A stretch of DNA of 62,550 bases, counting the filler, from Basidiobolus ranarum (taxonomy: Eukaryota): NCBI GenBank assembly GCA_040143965.1. It is 38 parts of 38 records of this genome, joined end to end, with 100 filler letters (N's around TTAATTAATTAA, not from the genome) between each part and the next. Parts side by side here need not be neighbours in the genome. Positions count along the whole stretch, not along the records: positions 26,467 to 28,016 come from JASJQH010004863.1; positions 28,117 to 29,666 come from JASJQH010004864.1; positions 29,767 to 31,315 come from JASJQH010004865.1; positions 31,416 to 32,964 come from JASJQH010004866.1; positions 33,065 to 34,613 come from JASJQH010004867.1; positions 34,714 to 36,260 come from JASJQH010004868.1; 32 more parts are not named here. One strand, 5' to 3'. The notes under the pieces were generated by a model. It was not told the origin of the DNA. It saw only the letters and a program-made list of their open reading frames with translations, and did no database searches. The translations under genes were made by a program, and so were the position numbers. This document shows, in pieces, positions 26,367 through 36,360 of the stretch (position 1 is the first letter of the stretch; each line of letters opens with the position of its first letter).

Positions 26367-27254
26367 NNNNNNNNNNNNNNNNNNNNNNNNNNNNNNNNNN
26401 NNNNNNNNNNTTAATTAATTAANNNNNNNNNNNNNNNNNNNNNNNNNNNNNNNNNNNNNNNNNNNNATTGCTTTTATTATATGTATGAGAAATAATTTCT
26501 TGTATAGAGTGGCTTTTATTATATGTATTTCTGCATAAAATCAACTCAATACATTCAAATTTCACACTACTTATCATGATACTGGGATGTACCTCAATCT
26601 AATGTGATCATTGTTCAATCCATCATTACATTCATTGCCGTCACTCCCATTATCATCCCTATACAACCATCCTAGACGTCCTTCATTAGCGGCTCTGAAC
26701 AGCTCAACCGTATCGGTAGTCTTGTTCTAGTCATTGTTATCACTACATTTGTCACCCGATTATTGCGAAGAATGGGTTGCGGATTAGGCCCTGCCATGAG
26801 AATTACCGTCATCGCCACTTCATCTTTGCCACTGTTCTTCGATTGCAAGTATATAAGACCAGGCCTCACTACTATTTCACTGCCTGAAGTAACCTGCCGG
26901 CAAATGATATTTCCTTCTGGTAGCAGATCATTCCATTTAATGGTCTCTCGATCTCGGAAATTTTCGCTTGAACTTGAATTCGCAAACGGCACCATAAATC
27001 AAATCATTCCCTGCTTTGTACTTGTTCGACAGTTGTGGTGGTAGTTTGATCGGGCTAATCTTGGCTGTTTGAAGTTGATGTGATGATCCCAACTTTGTCT
27101 ATATATTCAAACAGGATTGATGGGGATCATGATGGAGATATGTGACACTCCAGTGACTGGTCGCACTTGATAAGCAAAATGTATACTTTAGTAATTAGCA
27201 CAATTAGTGACGTGCTCTCAGAAATATTACAAAACCAAAACTTTGCCTGGTAAT

Positions 27255-27785
27255 ATGTCTAACGTACTAGAGGAAATGAACTCACTTGCAAGTCAATTTA
27301 AAGCCAACGATCAACCTGCCACTGATCAAGATTTCACTGCCTTCGTCAGTGAAATGAGCGGATATGGTGTTTCCAATCCAGCTATACCTGACCATTTAAA
27401 AACTTTATGGAAAATCGCTTCTGAATGGCATCTCATTGAAGATAATTACAATGTGTTTGGTTTCAACATTTACGGTCCCAAGAACATTGTACAGGTCACC
27501 AAGAATGTGTTTGGAGATGAGGACATTAGAAAGGAATGGGCCACGGATAACGGTAATGAATCTTGTGGCGGCACAGACTGGCTTTGCTTGGCGGGGTATG
27601 ATGAATACAATTATATTTTTATGAACTTCAATAAGCAATCGGACTTGTTTGGTTCTACTAGGCACATGGTCAATAATTGTAATGAAGACAACGATTTAAC
27701 AAAACCTCCATTCTCTAATTTCATTGAATATGTGAAAGGTCATATCGAGAACTTTAAAGAAAACTCTGAAGAAGAGGATTTATAG
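27255..27785 (+). CDS. Intronless 176-aa protein, SUKH/SMI1-KNR4-like
   Basis: Complete ORF followed by AATAAA. PATDQDF..G..P..LKTLW..FGFNIYGP..WLCLA..YIFM..G..FSNFIE resembles the SUKH pattern (by eye). Confidence 0.6.
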   Translation: MSNVLEEMNSLASQFKANDQPATDQDFTAFVSEMSGYGVSNPAIPDHLKTLWKIASEWHLIEDNYNVFGFNIYGPKNIVQVTKNVFGDEDIRKEWATDNGNESCGGTDWLCLAGYDEYNYIFMNFNKQSDLFGSTRHMVNNCNEDNDLTKPPFSNFIEYVKGHIENFKENSEEEDL

Positions 27786-28116
27786 TCCTTATCATTGAAT
27801 AAAAATATCCACTTCAAACTGAGCAATTATAAGTTGTATTATCCTTATTCATTTATTGGATCTATATACTAAAAGCAATGAAGTACACCGTGTTGGACAG
27901 TATCAATATGTGACTTTGGGAGTTTAAATGCTCAATATTATTGAATTTCTGTTTGTAGTCCCAAGTCCTCTTCGATGTTCTCTTGTTACCAATATCAATA
28001 CTTACACAATCAGAGTNNNNNNNNNNNNNNNNNNNNNNNNNNNNNNNNNNNNNNNNNNNNTTAATTAATTAANNNNNNNNNNNNNNNNNNNNNNNNNNNN
28101 NNNNNNNNNNNNNNNN

Positions 28117-28460
28117 ACCAATGGAAAACTGCCTTTCAAACTTGCTATGGACACTTTGAATACAATGTCATGCCATTTGGACTTACTAATGCCCCTGCAG
28201 TCTTTCAACACATGATGAATGATATCTCTAGAGAGTATCTCAACCAGTTTGTGGTAATCTACCTTGATGATATCTTGGTCTTCTCAAGCTCTCAAGAAGA
28301 ACATAATATTCATGTTTCCAAAGTGCTAGAAAAGTTGAAAACCTCTAGGCTCTATGCTAAACTTGAGATATATGAATTTGATCAAGCTCAAGTTGAATTC
28401 CTTGGATATAACATCAGCCCATCAGGCATCTCCATGGACCCTAAGAAGGTCGAATCTGTT
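28117..28460 (+). mobile_element. Ty3/gypsy reverse transcriptase fragment
   Basis: WKTAF.T.YGHFEYNVMPFGLTNAPAVFQ..VVIYLDDILVFS. Confidence 0.95.
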
Positions 28461-28466
28461 CTGTCT

Positions 28467-29666
28467 AGGGTTCTTTTTATATTATTGGTTAAAATGTCAA
28501 AGTTAATGTTGTATAGTGTGATCAAGCATAATGCATTCAACTTTGAGCCGTTTCAATATGAACGCTAAGTAAATTGATTTGGATCAAACTTTGGTTAACT
28601 TTGCTGATGCAGTTTATTATATAATTTCCATGCAATTACACATATTTGAAATAATTAGGATAATAAAGGCAAACAGAAATTTTATTATACAGAATGTAGG
28701 CAATTTTACCATGATACTTGAAATTCTTAGATAAATAACTTACATTGTACTGTGGGATAGGGGTGTTAACTTAAATACTCAGTAATAAAGCTTTATCCCA
28801 CTACAAATCTCCAGCAAAGCTGAATTTTTAATACTGGAAGCTTAAAAATATCAAAAGGAGATATATTCTTCACTCTATCTTTAAAGGGTAAAGACACACT
28901 TTAGTATGTCAATAGCTTGAAGACTTTATGAGAAAAGAATATTTCTGATAATAGAACTATCAAAAATCCTCAATACTACAAGGGTAGATAAAACTCTGGT
29001 GGTTTTTCTAACTTGAAGTCCAAAGAAAAAGATATAGTTCTTTTGAGATTGGCAAAGACTTTGATTAAAAGTTGGATATATTCTATGACTATAAAAGTTA
29101 AGATAACTATGAAAGAATCTGTACTGCAATCTTCAATAGTCAAGCCTAGTTGAGTTGCAATAGGAAACTTTATTATCTTAATGTGATACAGGGTAGATTA
29201 TCTAGTTAAGGAAAGAATAAAAAATATGGTGCAGTTTTGGATGGTGCTAAGGCTAGCTTTTTCAATAGGGGGAAGGGTTGCTTATATAGAAAAACAGCTT
29301 AGAATAAATGCTATGAATTGGTGGCTGAGAATAAATGCTATGAGTGGGTGGCTTTGCAATGAAGTTTTAATAAGATCACTAATAAAGCATCTGTGGCTTT
29401 AAACCTCAAAACACATCAGCATCAAGTACTGTCACAGCTCTGTGCAAAATTTGAAGAGAATCTGTTTGCTGGTTCAAAAGTTAGCACTAATTTTGTGAGC
29501 ATCTAGAGGTCTTGAATTCCTGTGTTCTGAATATATGCTAGTGTTGATTTTTGTGTTGGCAATTTTGAAATGGTTGTAGCTCCACCAATATTTGGTCAAA
29601 TCTTATGATTATTGCATGTTTGCAAAGCTCAAAATCAGGAGATCTTGATTGTTGCTTGACTTATTG
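28467..29666. mobile_element. Long-TIR non-autonomous element inserted in the gypsy RT
   Basis: RT similarity stops at about 28460; AGGGTTCTTTTTATATT terminus mirrors the 11458 end. Confidence 0.7.
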
Positions 29667-29797
29667 NNNNNNNNNNNNNNNNNNNNNNNNNNNNNNNNNN
29701 NNNNNNNNNNTTAATTAATTAANNNNNNNNNNNNNNNNNNNNNNNNNNNNNNNNNNNNNNNNNNNNAAAACATCCCCCTCCCAAAATAGTAAGTATT

Positions 29798-30772
29798 ATG
29801 TCTATACCAGCCCCCACAATGGAAGATATTATGCAAGCTCTTACTCAGCTTCAGCAAGGAAATCAAGAACTTTGTACTTCTATTGCTCAAGTATAGAATC
29901 CAGCTCCACCCTACTACACTGCAATTCCAACTCCTGAACCCAAAATCTCCTTACCAAATAAGTTTGATGGCACTCACCAAACCTATTGTGGTTTTATCAA
30001 CCAAGTAAAGCTCTTCATCCAGTTAAATCCCCATCACTACCCCTCTGACCAAACAAAAGTAGGCTTAGTGGGAACACTATTATCAGGAACCGCTCTATCG
30101 TGGTTTGCTCCATTGATGGAAAGTCAATCTCCAGTTCTTTCAAACTTCCTTGCCTTTCTTGTTGAACTGGATGACCTTGACTGATAGTATCCATCAGCCA
30201 GTTAAATGTGACGACCAGTTGCTTGAAAGACAACAACAAAGAAATAAGGCTCCTTTGTTCTCTCCTTCACCATCTACTTTCAGACCCCCCTTCCATCAAA
30301 CACCAAATGCAGCTCAAGCTGATTACCCAATGCAAATTGATGGAACTTACTTCAGAAAGCTTAGCCCTGAGAGGAAATATCAATGCCAACAAGAGAATCT
30401 TTGCCTCTATTGTGGAGCTCCTGGACATATAGCAAGAACCTGTCTAAAGAAGAATCTTGGATTTAAGATCGACAATATGAAAGTACAAGAGAACTCTTCC
30501 CAACCCTTGGAAAACTTCAATGCCCAGCTGCAATAATGGGCCAGCAGTTGGGCAAACCATATTCAAAAATGTATCTTCACCACACATTGCAATCTCTCCA
30601 GTCATATGAATCATTAGAGCTGCCCATTGCACTCCTGCTACCAAATTCCAAGTCAATAAAAACAACTGCACTTCTTCATTCAGGTGCTTCCTCCTGTTTT
30701 ATAGACTCTGCCTTTGTAAAATCCCACTCTATGCCAACAACCAAGAAATCTAGTACAGTCCTTGTAGAAGTA
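29798..30772 (+). mobile_element. Tf1/sushi-like gypsy gag and protease pseudogene
   Basis: PEPKISLPNKFDG..TLLSGTALSWF; CLYCGAPGHIARTC; protease ALLHSGASSCFID in the -1 frame. Confidence 0.88.
30509..30560 (+). promoter_or_regulatory. Candidate -1 ribosomal frameshift signal
   Basis: G GAA AAC (30509-30515), then an 11-bp stem TGCCCAGCTGC / GCAGTTGGGCA (one G-U); pol lies in the -1 frame. Confidence 0.7.
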
Positions 30773-30773
30773 A

Positions 30774-31315
30774 CCCTAACAAAAATAAAATCGATTTGAT
30801 CCGGATTGGATCCACCCTCTGAAATAGCAAAACTGTCAGAGAACCTTCACAATATTGCTGGCTTGCATTCTGCCAGGGATTTTGATGGTATGATAGCAGT
30901 TTCTTGAAGGTATCTTAACGGTATTCATACATGTTAAAATATTGATCCTCAAATTTGGCATGTGTTATTCAATAACCAGCAATTTTTGCAAAAATATACT
31001 TTTTGAATGGCAAATTACTGGGCTTACTGCTGTAGGAATTCAAATTAATATGCATGCCTTTATTTAGATATATTAGGCTTTGTATTCCAGCCATAATGAG
31101 AATCAAAAAATACAAGAATCTCATTATGTTTAGTCCCTACATATGCACATATTTGACTGATTAGACATAATTTACCAGCATCAATGTGCTTTACCAGCAA
31201 ACTGACGGTGGAAAAATTGCTAAACATCTGAAATTTTGAATAGCACTGACACTTGGCAAATAGCTGACTCTTGTTACAATTCACAATGAGAATAAGCTCT
31301 TGGATTTTGGCAAAT
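30774..31315 (-). mobile_element. CACTA right end inserted in gypsy pol
   Basis: CCCTAACAAAAAT at 30774; transposase C-terminus ..FFDSHYGWNTKP.ISK*. Confidence 0.85.
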
Positions 31316-31415
31316 NNNNNNNNNNNNNNNNNNNNNNNNNNNNNNNNNNNNNNNNNNNNTTAATTAATTAANNNNNNNNNNNNNNNNNNNNNNNNNNNNN
31401 NNNNNNNNNNNNNNN

Positions 31416-31936
31416 TGTGAAAATGAAAAACTGCTTCACATCCACTATGTATGCTGAAACTCACTAAGAATGTGAAGCCAAAGACCTCCAAAGATATTGA
31501 AATCACGAAACATGTTTCTTAGCATAGTGCAGTTGCAAGTTTGATATATGCCACAACTGGTACTAGGCCTGACATTGCAACAGCAGTATGCAAAATACGC
31601 AAATATATGGAAAATGCTGCAATGGAACATTCAATTGCTGTGAAACCAATAATACACTATCAGAAAAGAACAGTACATCATGGAATTCAATATAGCTAGC
31701 AGTACAACATGTCACTCTTTTTGGAAGGATATGCTGATGTAGTCAGGACTAACAATACAGAAGACTGTAAGTCAAGAACTGGATGTGTGTTTAAGCTAGC
31801 AGATGGGCCACTATGATGGATTAGTATGACACAACAAACTGTTGCAATATCAACTACAGAAGTAGAATATACGGCAAGCTCTATGGCTGTTCAAGAAACT
31901 AAATGGCTAAGGAGTCCTCTGTGGGAACTAGGATAT
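31416..31936 (+). mobile_element. Copia RT end and RNase H pseudogene
   Basis: LEGYAD..KSRTGCVF..QQTVAISTTEVEY. Confidence 0.8.
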
Positions 31937-32964
31937 TGTCACAATTCTGATCTCAGCATACTCATACACCACAAATAGAACTCTTCTATTATTAGATTAT
32001 GAGATCATATCTGCTGTGCGATACCTTCCTGGAAATGTTGTGTTAGTTCATCCAGGTAATTGTATATGGAACTCATTTTCCTTGGAACATTCATGAACCC
32101 TAACAATTCATATCACCCAACACATAGTGTATTTGAACTAAGACCTTCCATGGAAGGTCACCTGATCATCCTTACATTATCCATACATTGTCAATCTTTG
32201 CATTGGTCCTTGTAGTCCCCAATACCCTGATATTGGAACCTGCCTCAGTATATTATATTTCACCTTGCAATATTTATATAAGCTCCATGTATTCCTTGAT
32301 CAAACCTTAGTCTGATCAACACCAGTTTGCAATAAAGAGTCTTGTCAAAGTATCTTCCCTCTCCAGTCTTATCTTGTCTTGTCTTGTGGTCTACACCCAA
32401 GTCCGTAACAAAAACAAAACAATCTGATCCAGATTGGATCTACCCTTCTAAATTGCACAACTGTCAAAGAACCATCATAATATTGGTGGCTTGCATTCTG
32501 CCAGGTATTTTGATGGTTTGATGGTGTTTTCTGGATGGTATTACAATGGTATTCATACATGTTAAAATATTGATCCTGATATTTGGCATGCATTATTAAT
32601 TTCTGGCAGTTTTAGCCAAGTATAATTTTTGAATAACAAAATATTGGTTTTAATGCAGTAGGAACTTGAAATAATATGCATGCCTTTATTTAGATATTTC
32701 AGGCTTTGTATTCCAGCCATAATGAGAATCAAAAATACAAGAATCTTGTTGTGTTTAGTCTATACATATGTGCATACATGAATGATCAGACATAACTCAA
32801 CAACGTCAATATGCTTTACCAGCAAACTAATGGTGGAAAAATTGCTTAGCATCTGAAATTTTGAAAAGCACTGACACTTGGCAAATAGCTGACTCTTGTT
32901 AACATTCACAATGAGAATAAGCTCTTGGATTTTGGCAAATATCCGTAAAGAATTGAGCCAACAG
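31937..32964. mobile_element. Gypsy B LTR (31937-32400, +) truncated by a CACTA right end (32403-32964, -)
   Basis: TGTCACAAT start; CCGTAACAAAAAC degenerate TIR. Confidence 0.78.
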
Positions 32965-33624
32965 NNNNNNNNNNNNNNNNNNNNNNNNNNNNNNNNNNNN
33001 NNNNNNNNTTAATTAATTAANNNNNNNNNNNNNNNNNNNNNNNNNNNNNNNNNNNNNNNNNNNNGTAGTAAACGAGAATAGATGAGGTAAAAGGGAGTGG
33101 TAATGACAGAGCAATATATAAGAATTTAGTGCGGCTTTACTTTGGTGTGAATGAGTAGCATCTGCTTTCTCTCTTCCTCCGTCAACATGTAAGAATTCTG
33201 CGTGCCAATTTGCCTACCATACTGTGCTGCTCTCCAATTGCCCACATTAAGCTTAGTGCTCTGTTATCTTCCCCCCAAGCTCTGTCTCTCATAGTTTCCA
33301 GCTCTCTGCCACAAAATTCAGCAATTTCAACTCTCTTTATTTGTTCTCACAATCCTGCTTGGAGACTTCAATATTCCTCACCCTATAGGCAATATTATCA
33401 TATTTGCAAGAGCTAAGCCTAGATCCAAATTCCTGCTGAGGTTGCTGAGGCAATGCCACCTACTCTCTCTTGGTGCTTAAACTGAGAAGAGATGTGTTGA
33501 TTGGATCTGTCTTTCTGCTGCTGCTCTCTATTTGATCAATGAAGTCAAGCTATTCTCAGGTTTTGAATTAGGATCCTTTAGAGCTTCTGATCACTCAACC
33601 TGGTCTCTCTCCTTGCAACCCATA

Positions 33625-34035
33625 CCCTGACAGAAATTTGAGGATGGTTATCATAGGAAAACTGTCACAATTTTAATCAATTTGGGATTGACCATTTACT
33701 TACCTTCATAAAGTTGGCTAGTTGGATTTGATTATAATCAATTTTTCAGTTTCAGGCGTGCAATTGCCAGATCTTGCAAAATTGTTACACATGATTAGCT
33801 ACAATCTCAGAGAACTATGGATCAACATATGTGCAAAAAACATAACTCAAATTTTACACCGGTACCACTTGATCACTAGTTTGTCACCTTTGAAATCCCT
33901 AGTCTCTTTGATATATTCTCCTGAATGTTTGTATAGAGTACTTCATACCCAGGATTTAGCTCATACCTGACACAAGTTTGTATCAATATCTTCATCAAAG
34001 CCCAAAATTGTATCAATGTTGCTGAATCAACATTC
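33625..34035 (+). mobile_element. CACTA left end
   Basis: CCCTGACAGAAATTT terminus. Confidence 0.82.
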
Positions 34036-34613
34036 TGTCATGATTCTGATCTTGGCATACTGATCCACTGCAAATAGAACTCTTCTATTACTAAACTATG
34101 ACATCACATCTGCTGTGCCATCCCTTCTTGGCAATCTTGTGTTAGTTCATACAGTTTACCTTATATGGAAGTCATATACCTTGGAGCATTCAATGAAACC
34201 TAACCAATCATGTCAACCCACACATAGTGTATCTTGACCAAGACCTTCCATGCAGGTCACCTGATCATCCTTACATCATCTTTACAGCATTTCTCTTTGT
34301 ATTGGTCCTTGTATTCCCCAACACCCCAATGCCTGAACTGCCTGCAGTATGTTCCCTATTCAGTATATTATGTTTCACCCTGCATAAGCTATATAGGCCC
34401 CATGTATTCCTTGATCAGACCTCAGTCTGATCAACACTAGTTATCAATAAAGATTCTTGCCAAAGTATCTTCCTTGTTCAGTGTTGTCTTATGGTCTACA
34501 CTCAAGTACTCTCCTGCCTTCTAGCCTCTTGTTGTTGTTTCCAGTCCTTGTCCAGTTCCTTATTGTGACAGTTTGATCAGACTACTTATACTTGCCTGTA
34601 GACTTCTCTCCAT
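34036..34613 (+). mobile_element. Gypsy family B 5' LTR (34036-34570) with self-priming-type PBS (34573-34583)
   Basis: TGTCA...TGACA; PBS TTGATCAGACT is complementary to AGTCTGATCAA at 34424-34434. Confidence 0.85.
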
Positions 34614-34714
34614 NNNNNNNNNNNNNNNNNNNNNNNNNNNNNNNNNNNNNNNNNNNNTTAATTAATTAANNNNNNNNNNNNNNNNNNNNNNNNNNNNNNN
34701 NNNNNNNNNNNNNG

Positions 34715-35218
34715 TGTTCTATTCAGGGGTATAAGAAGGATGGGACGCCATTTACGGCGGATGAGGAGATATTTGGTATTAGAGATGATGCGGAATATGT
34801 GTACGATGGGATGTATGGGAATATGGTACAGGATCCTGTGTCGGTAGGAGTGGTATATTATTTGGCGTTAAAGCATCAGGTCAAGGATAAGATTCATGTT
34901 AGGATGCCATCTGGTCCTAAGAGTTCGTTTAGTGGGCAACCTGTATCGGGAAGAGCCAAGGGTGGTGGGTTAAGATTTGGGGAGATGGAGATGGATTGTT
35001 TGATTGCTCATGGTGCGTCAGATACGATGCATAATATTATTGCGCAGAGTGATATGGAAAGGGTTGGGTGGTGTGAGAAGTGTGAGATAATGGTTCCGGT
35101 GTCGAATATAATATGTCCTATATGTGAGGGACAGACAAAGGGCAGGGATGTTTCACATTCGTTGATATCTTTTTCGCATATAATGGCATCTATGAATGTT
35201 GGTATGAAGTTAAAATAG
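34715..35218 (+). CDS. Divergent multisubunit RNA polymerase second-largest subunit (Rpb2/beta-like), C-terminal fragment; virus- or plasmid-like
   Basis: Open from the contig edge: DGTPFT..EYVYDG.YG..YYLALKHQVKDKIHVR..GQPVSGRAKGGGLRFGEMEMDCLIAHGA..CEKC..CPIC..MASMNV; intronless. Confidence 0.92.
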   Translation, partial: CSIQGYKKDGTPFTADEEIFGIRDDAEYVYDGMYGNMVQDPVSVGVVYYLALKHQVKDKIHVRMPSGPKSSFSGQPVSGRAKGGGLRFGEMEMDCLIAHGASDTMHNIIAQSDMERVGWCEKCEIMVPVSNIICPICEGQTKGRDVSHSLISFSHIMASMNVGMKLK

Positions 35219-35329
35219 ATATGGGACGGGGGGTTGGTGTTTAGGATGAAAAGGTTTAGTTTGGAGAAAAGTTTGGGATTAAGGTAAGGAGAAAGTTTCG
35301 AACCAAGATTTAAAATGGGTTTGGAAAAA

Positions 35330-36260
35330 TAGTTTTAAAAAGTTTTAAATCGGGTCTGTGAGAGAGTTCTAAGTTAGATCATAATTAGGGTTCTAGATAA
35401 TATTTTGCGAAATAAATTTAGAAAGTTTTAAATTGGGTTTGTGAGAGAGTTCTAAGTTAGATCATAATTAGGGTTCTAGATAATATTTTGCGAAATAAAT
35501 TTAGAAAGTTTTAAATTGGGTCTGTGAGAGAGTTCTAAGTTAGATTCGAATTAAGGTTTTAAAATAAGACTTGTTGCGAAATAAATTTAGAAAGTTTTTA
35601 ATTAAGTTCTAAGTTAGATTTGAATTAGGGTTACGGTGAGAGGTAAAGGAAAAAAAACTTGTTGCGAAATAATTTTAAAAAGTTTTAAATCGGGTCTGTG
35701 AGAGAGTTCTAAATTAAGTTTGTTGCGAAATAATTTTTAAAAAGTTTTAAATTAAGATCCGAATTTAGTTTTTAATTAAGTTCTAGTTTAGATTCTAATT
35801 AGGGTTTAAAAGAAATATTTTGCGAAATAAATTTAGAAAGTTTTAAATTAAGATTCGGATTTGGTCTTGAATTAGATTCCCATTTAAGCTCCTAATTAGG
35901 TTCTAATTAAAGTTTGTTGCGAAGATAATTTTAAAAAAATTTAAATTAAGATCCGAATTATGTTTCTAATTAAGTTCTAGTTTAGATTCTAATTAGGGTT
36001 TAAAAGAAATATTTTACGAAGAAAGTTTTAAATTAAGATTCGGATTTGGTCTTGAATTAGATTCCCGTTTAAGCTCCTAATTAGGTTCTAATTAAAGTTT
36101 GTTGCGAAATAATTTTAAAAAATTTAAATTAAGATCCGAATTTAGTTTTTAATTAAGTTCTAGTTTAGATTCTAATTAGGGTTACGGTGAGAGGTAAAGG
36201 AAAATAAATATTTTACGAAGAAATTTTAAATTAAGATTCGAATTAGATTCCCGTTTAAGC
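35330..36260. repeat. AT-rich hierarchical tandem array, truncated by contig end
   Basis: TT(G/A)CGAA core at 35405, 35488, 35574, 35662, 35723, 35820, 35917, 36014, 36102 and 36213; 11-12 bp sub-repeats lie between cores. Confidence 0.93.
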
Positions 36261-36360
36261 NNNNNNNNNNNNNNNNNNNNNNNNNNNNNNNNNNNNNNNN
36301 NNNNTTAATTAATTAANNNNNNNNNNNNNNNNNNNNNNNNNNNNNNNNNNNNNNNNNNNN

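Noticed and set aside
26672-27044. ORFs upstream of the SUKH-like gene as a cognate toxin
   Set aside because: No recognisable toxin or nuclease motif; overlapping ORFs on both strands give no support.
35330-36260. CRISPR array (conserved core with variable spacers)
   Set aside because: Spacers are not unique: they are reshuffled or repeated 11-12 bp modules, spacing is irregular (61-111 bp) and no cas genes are seen.
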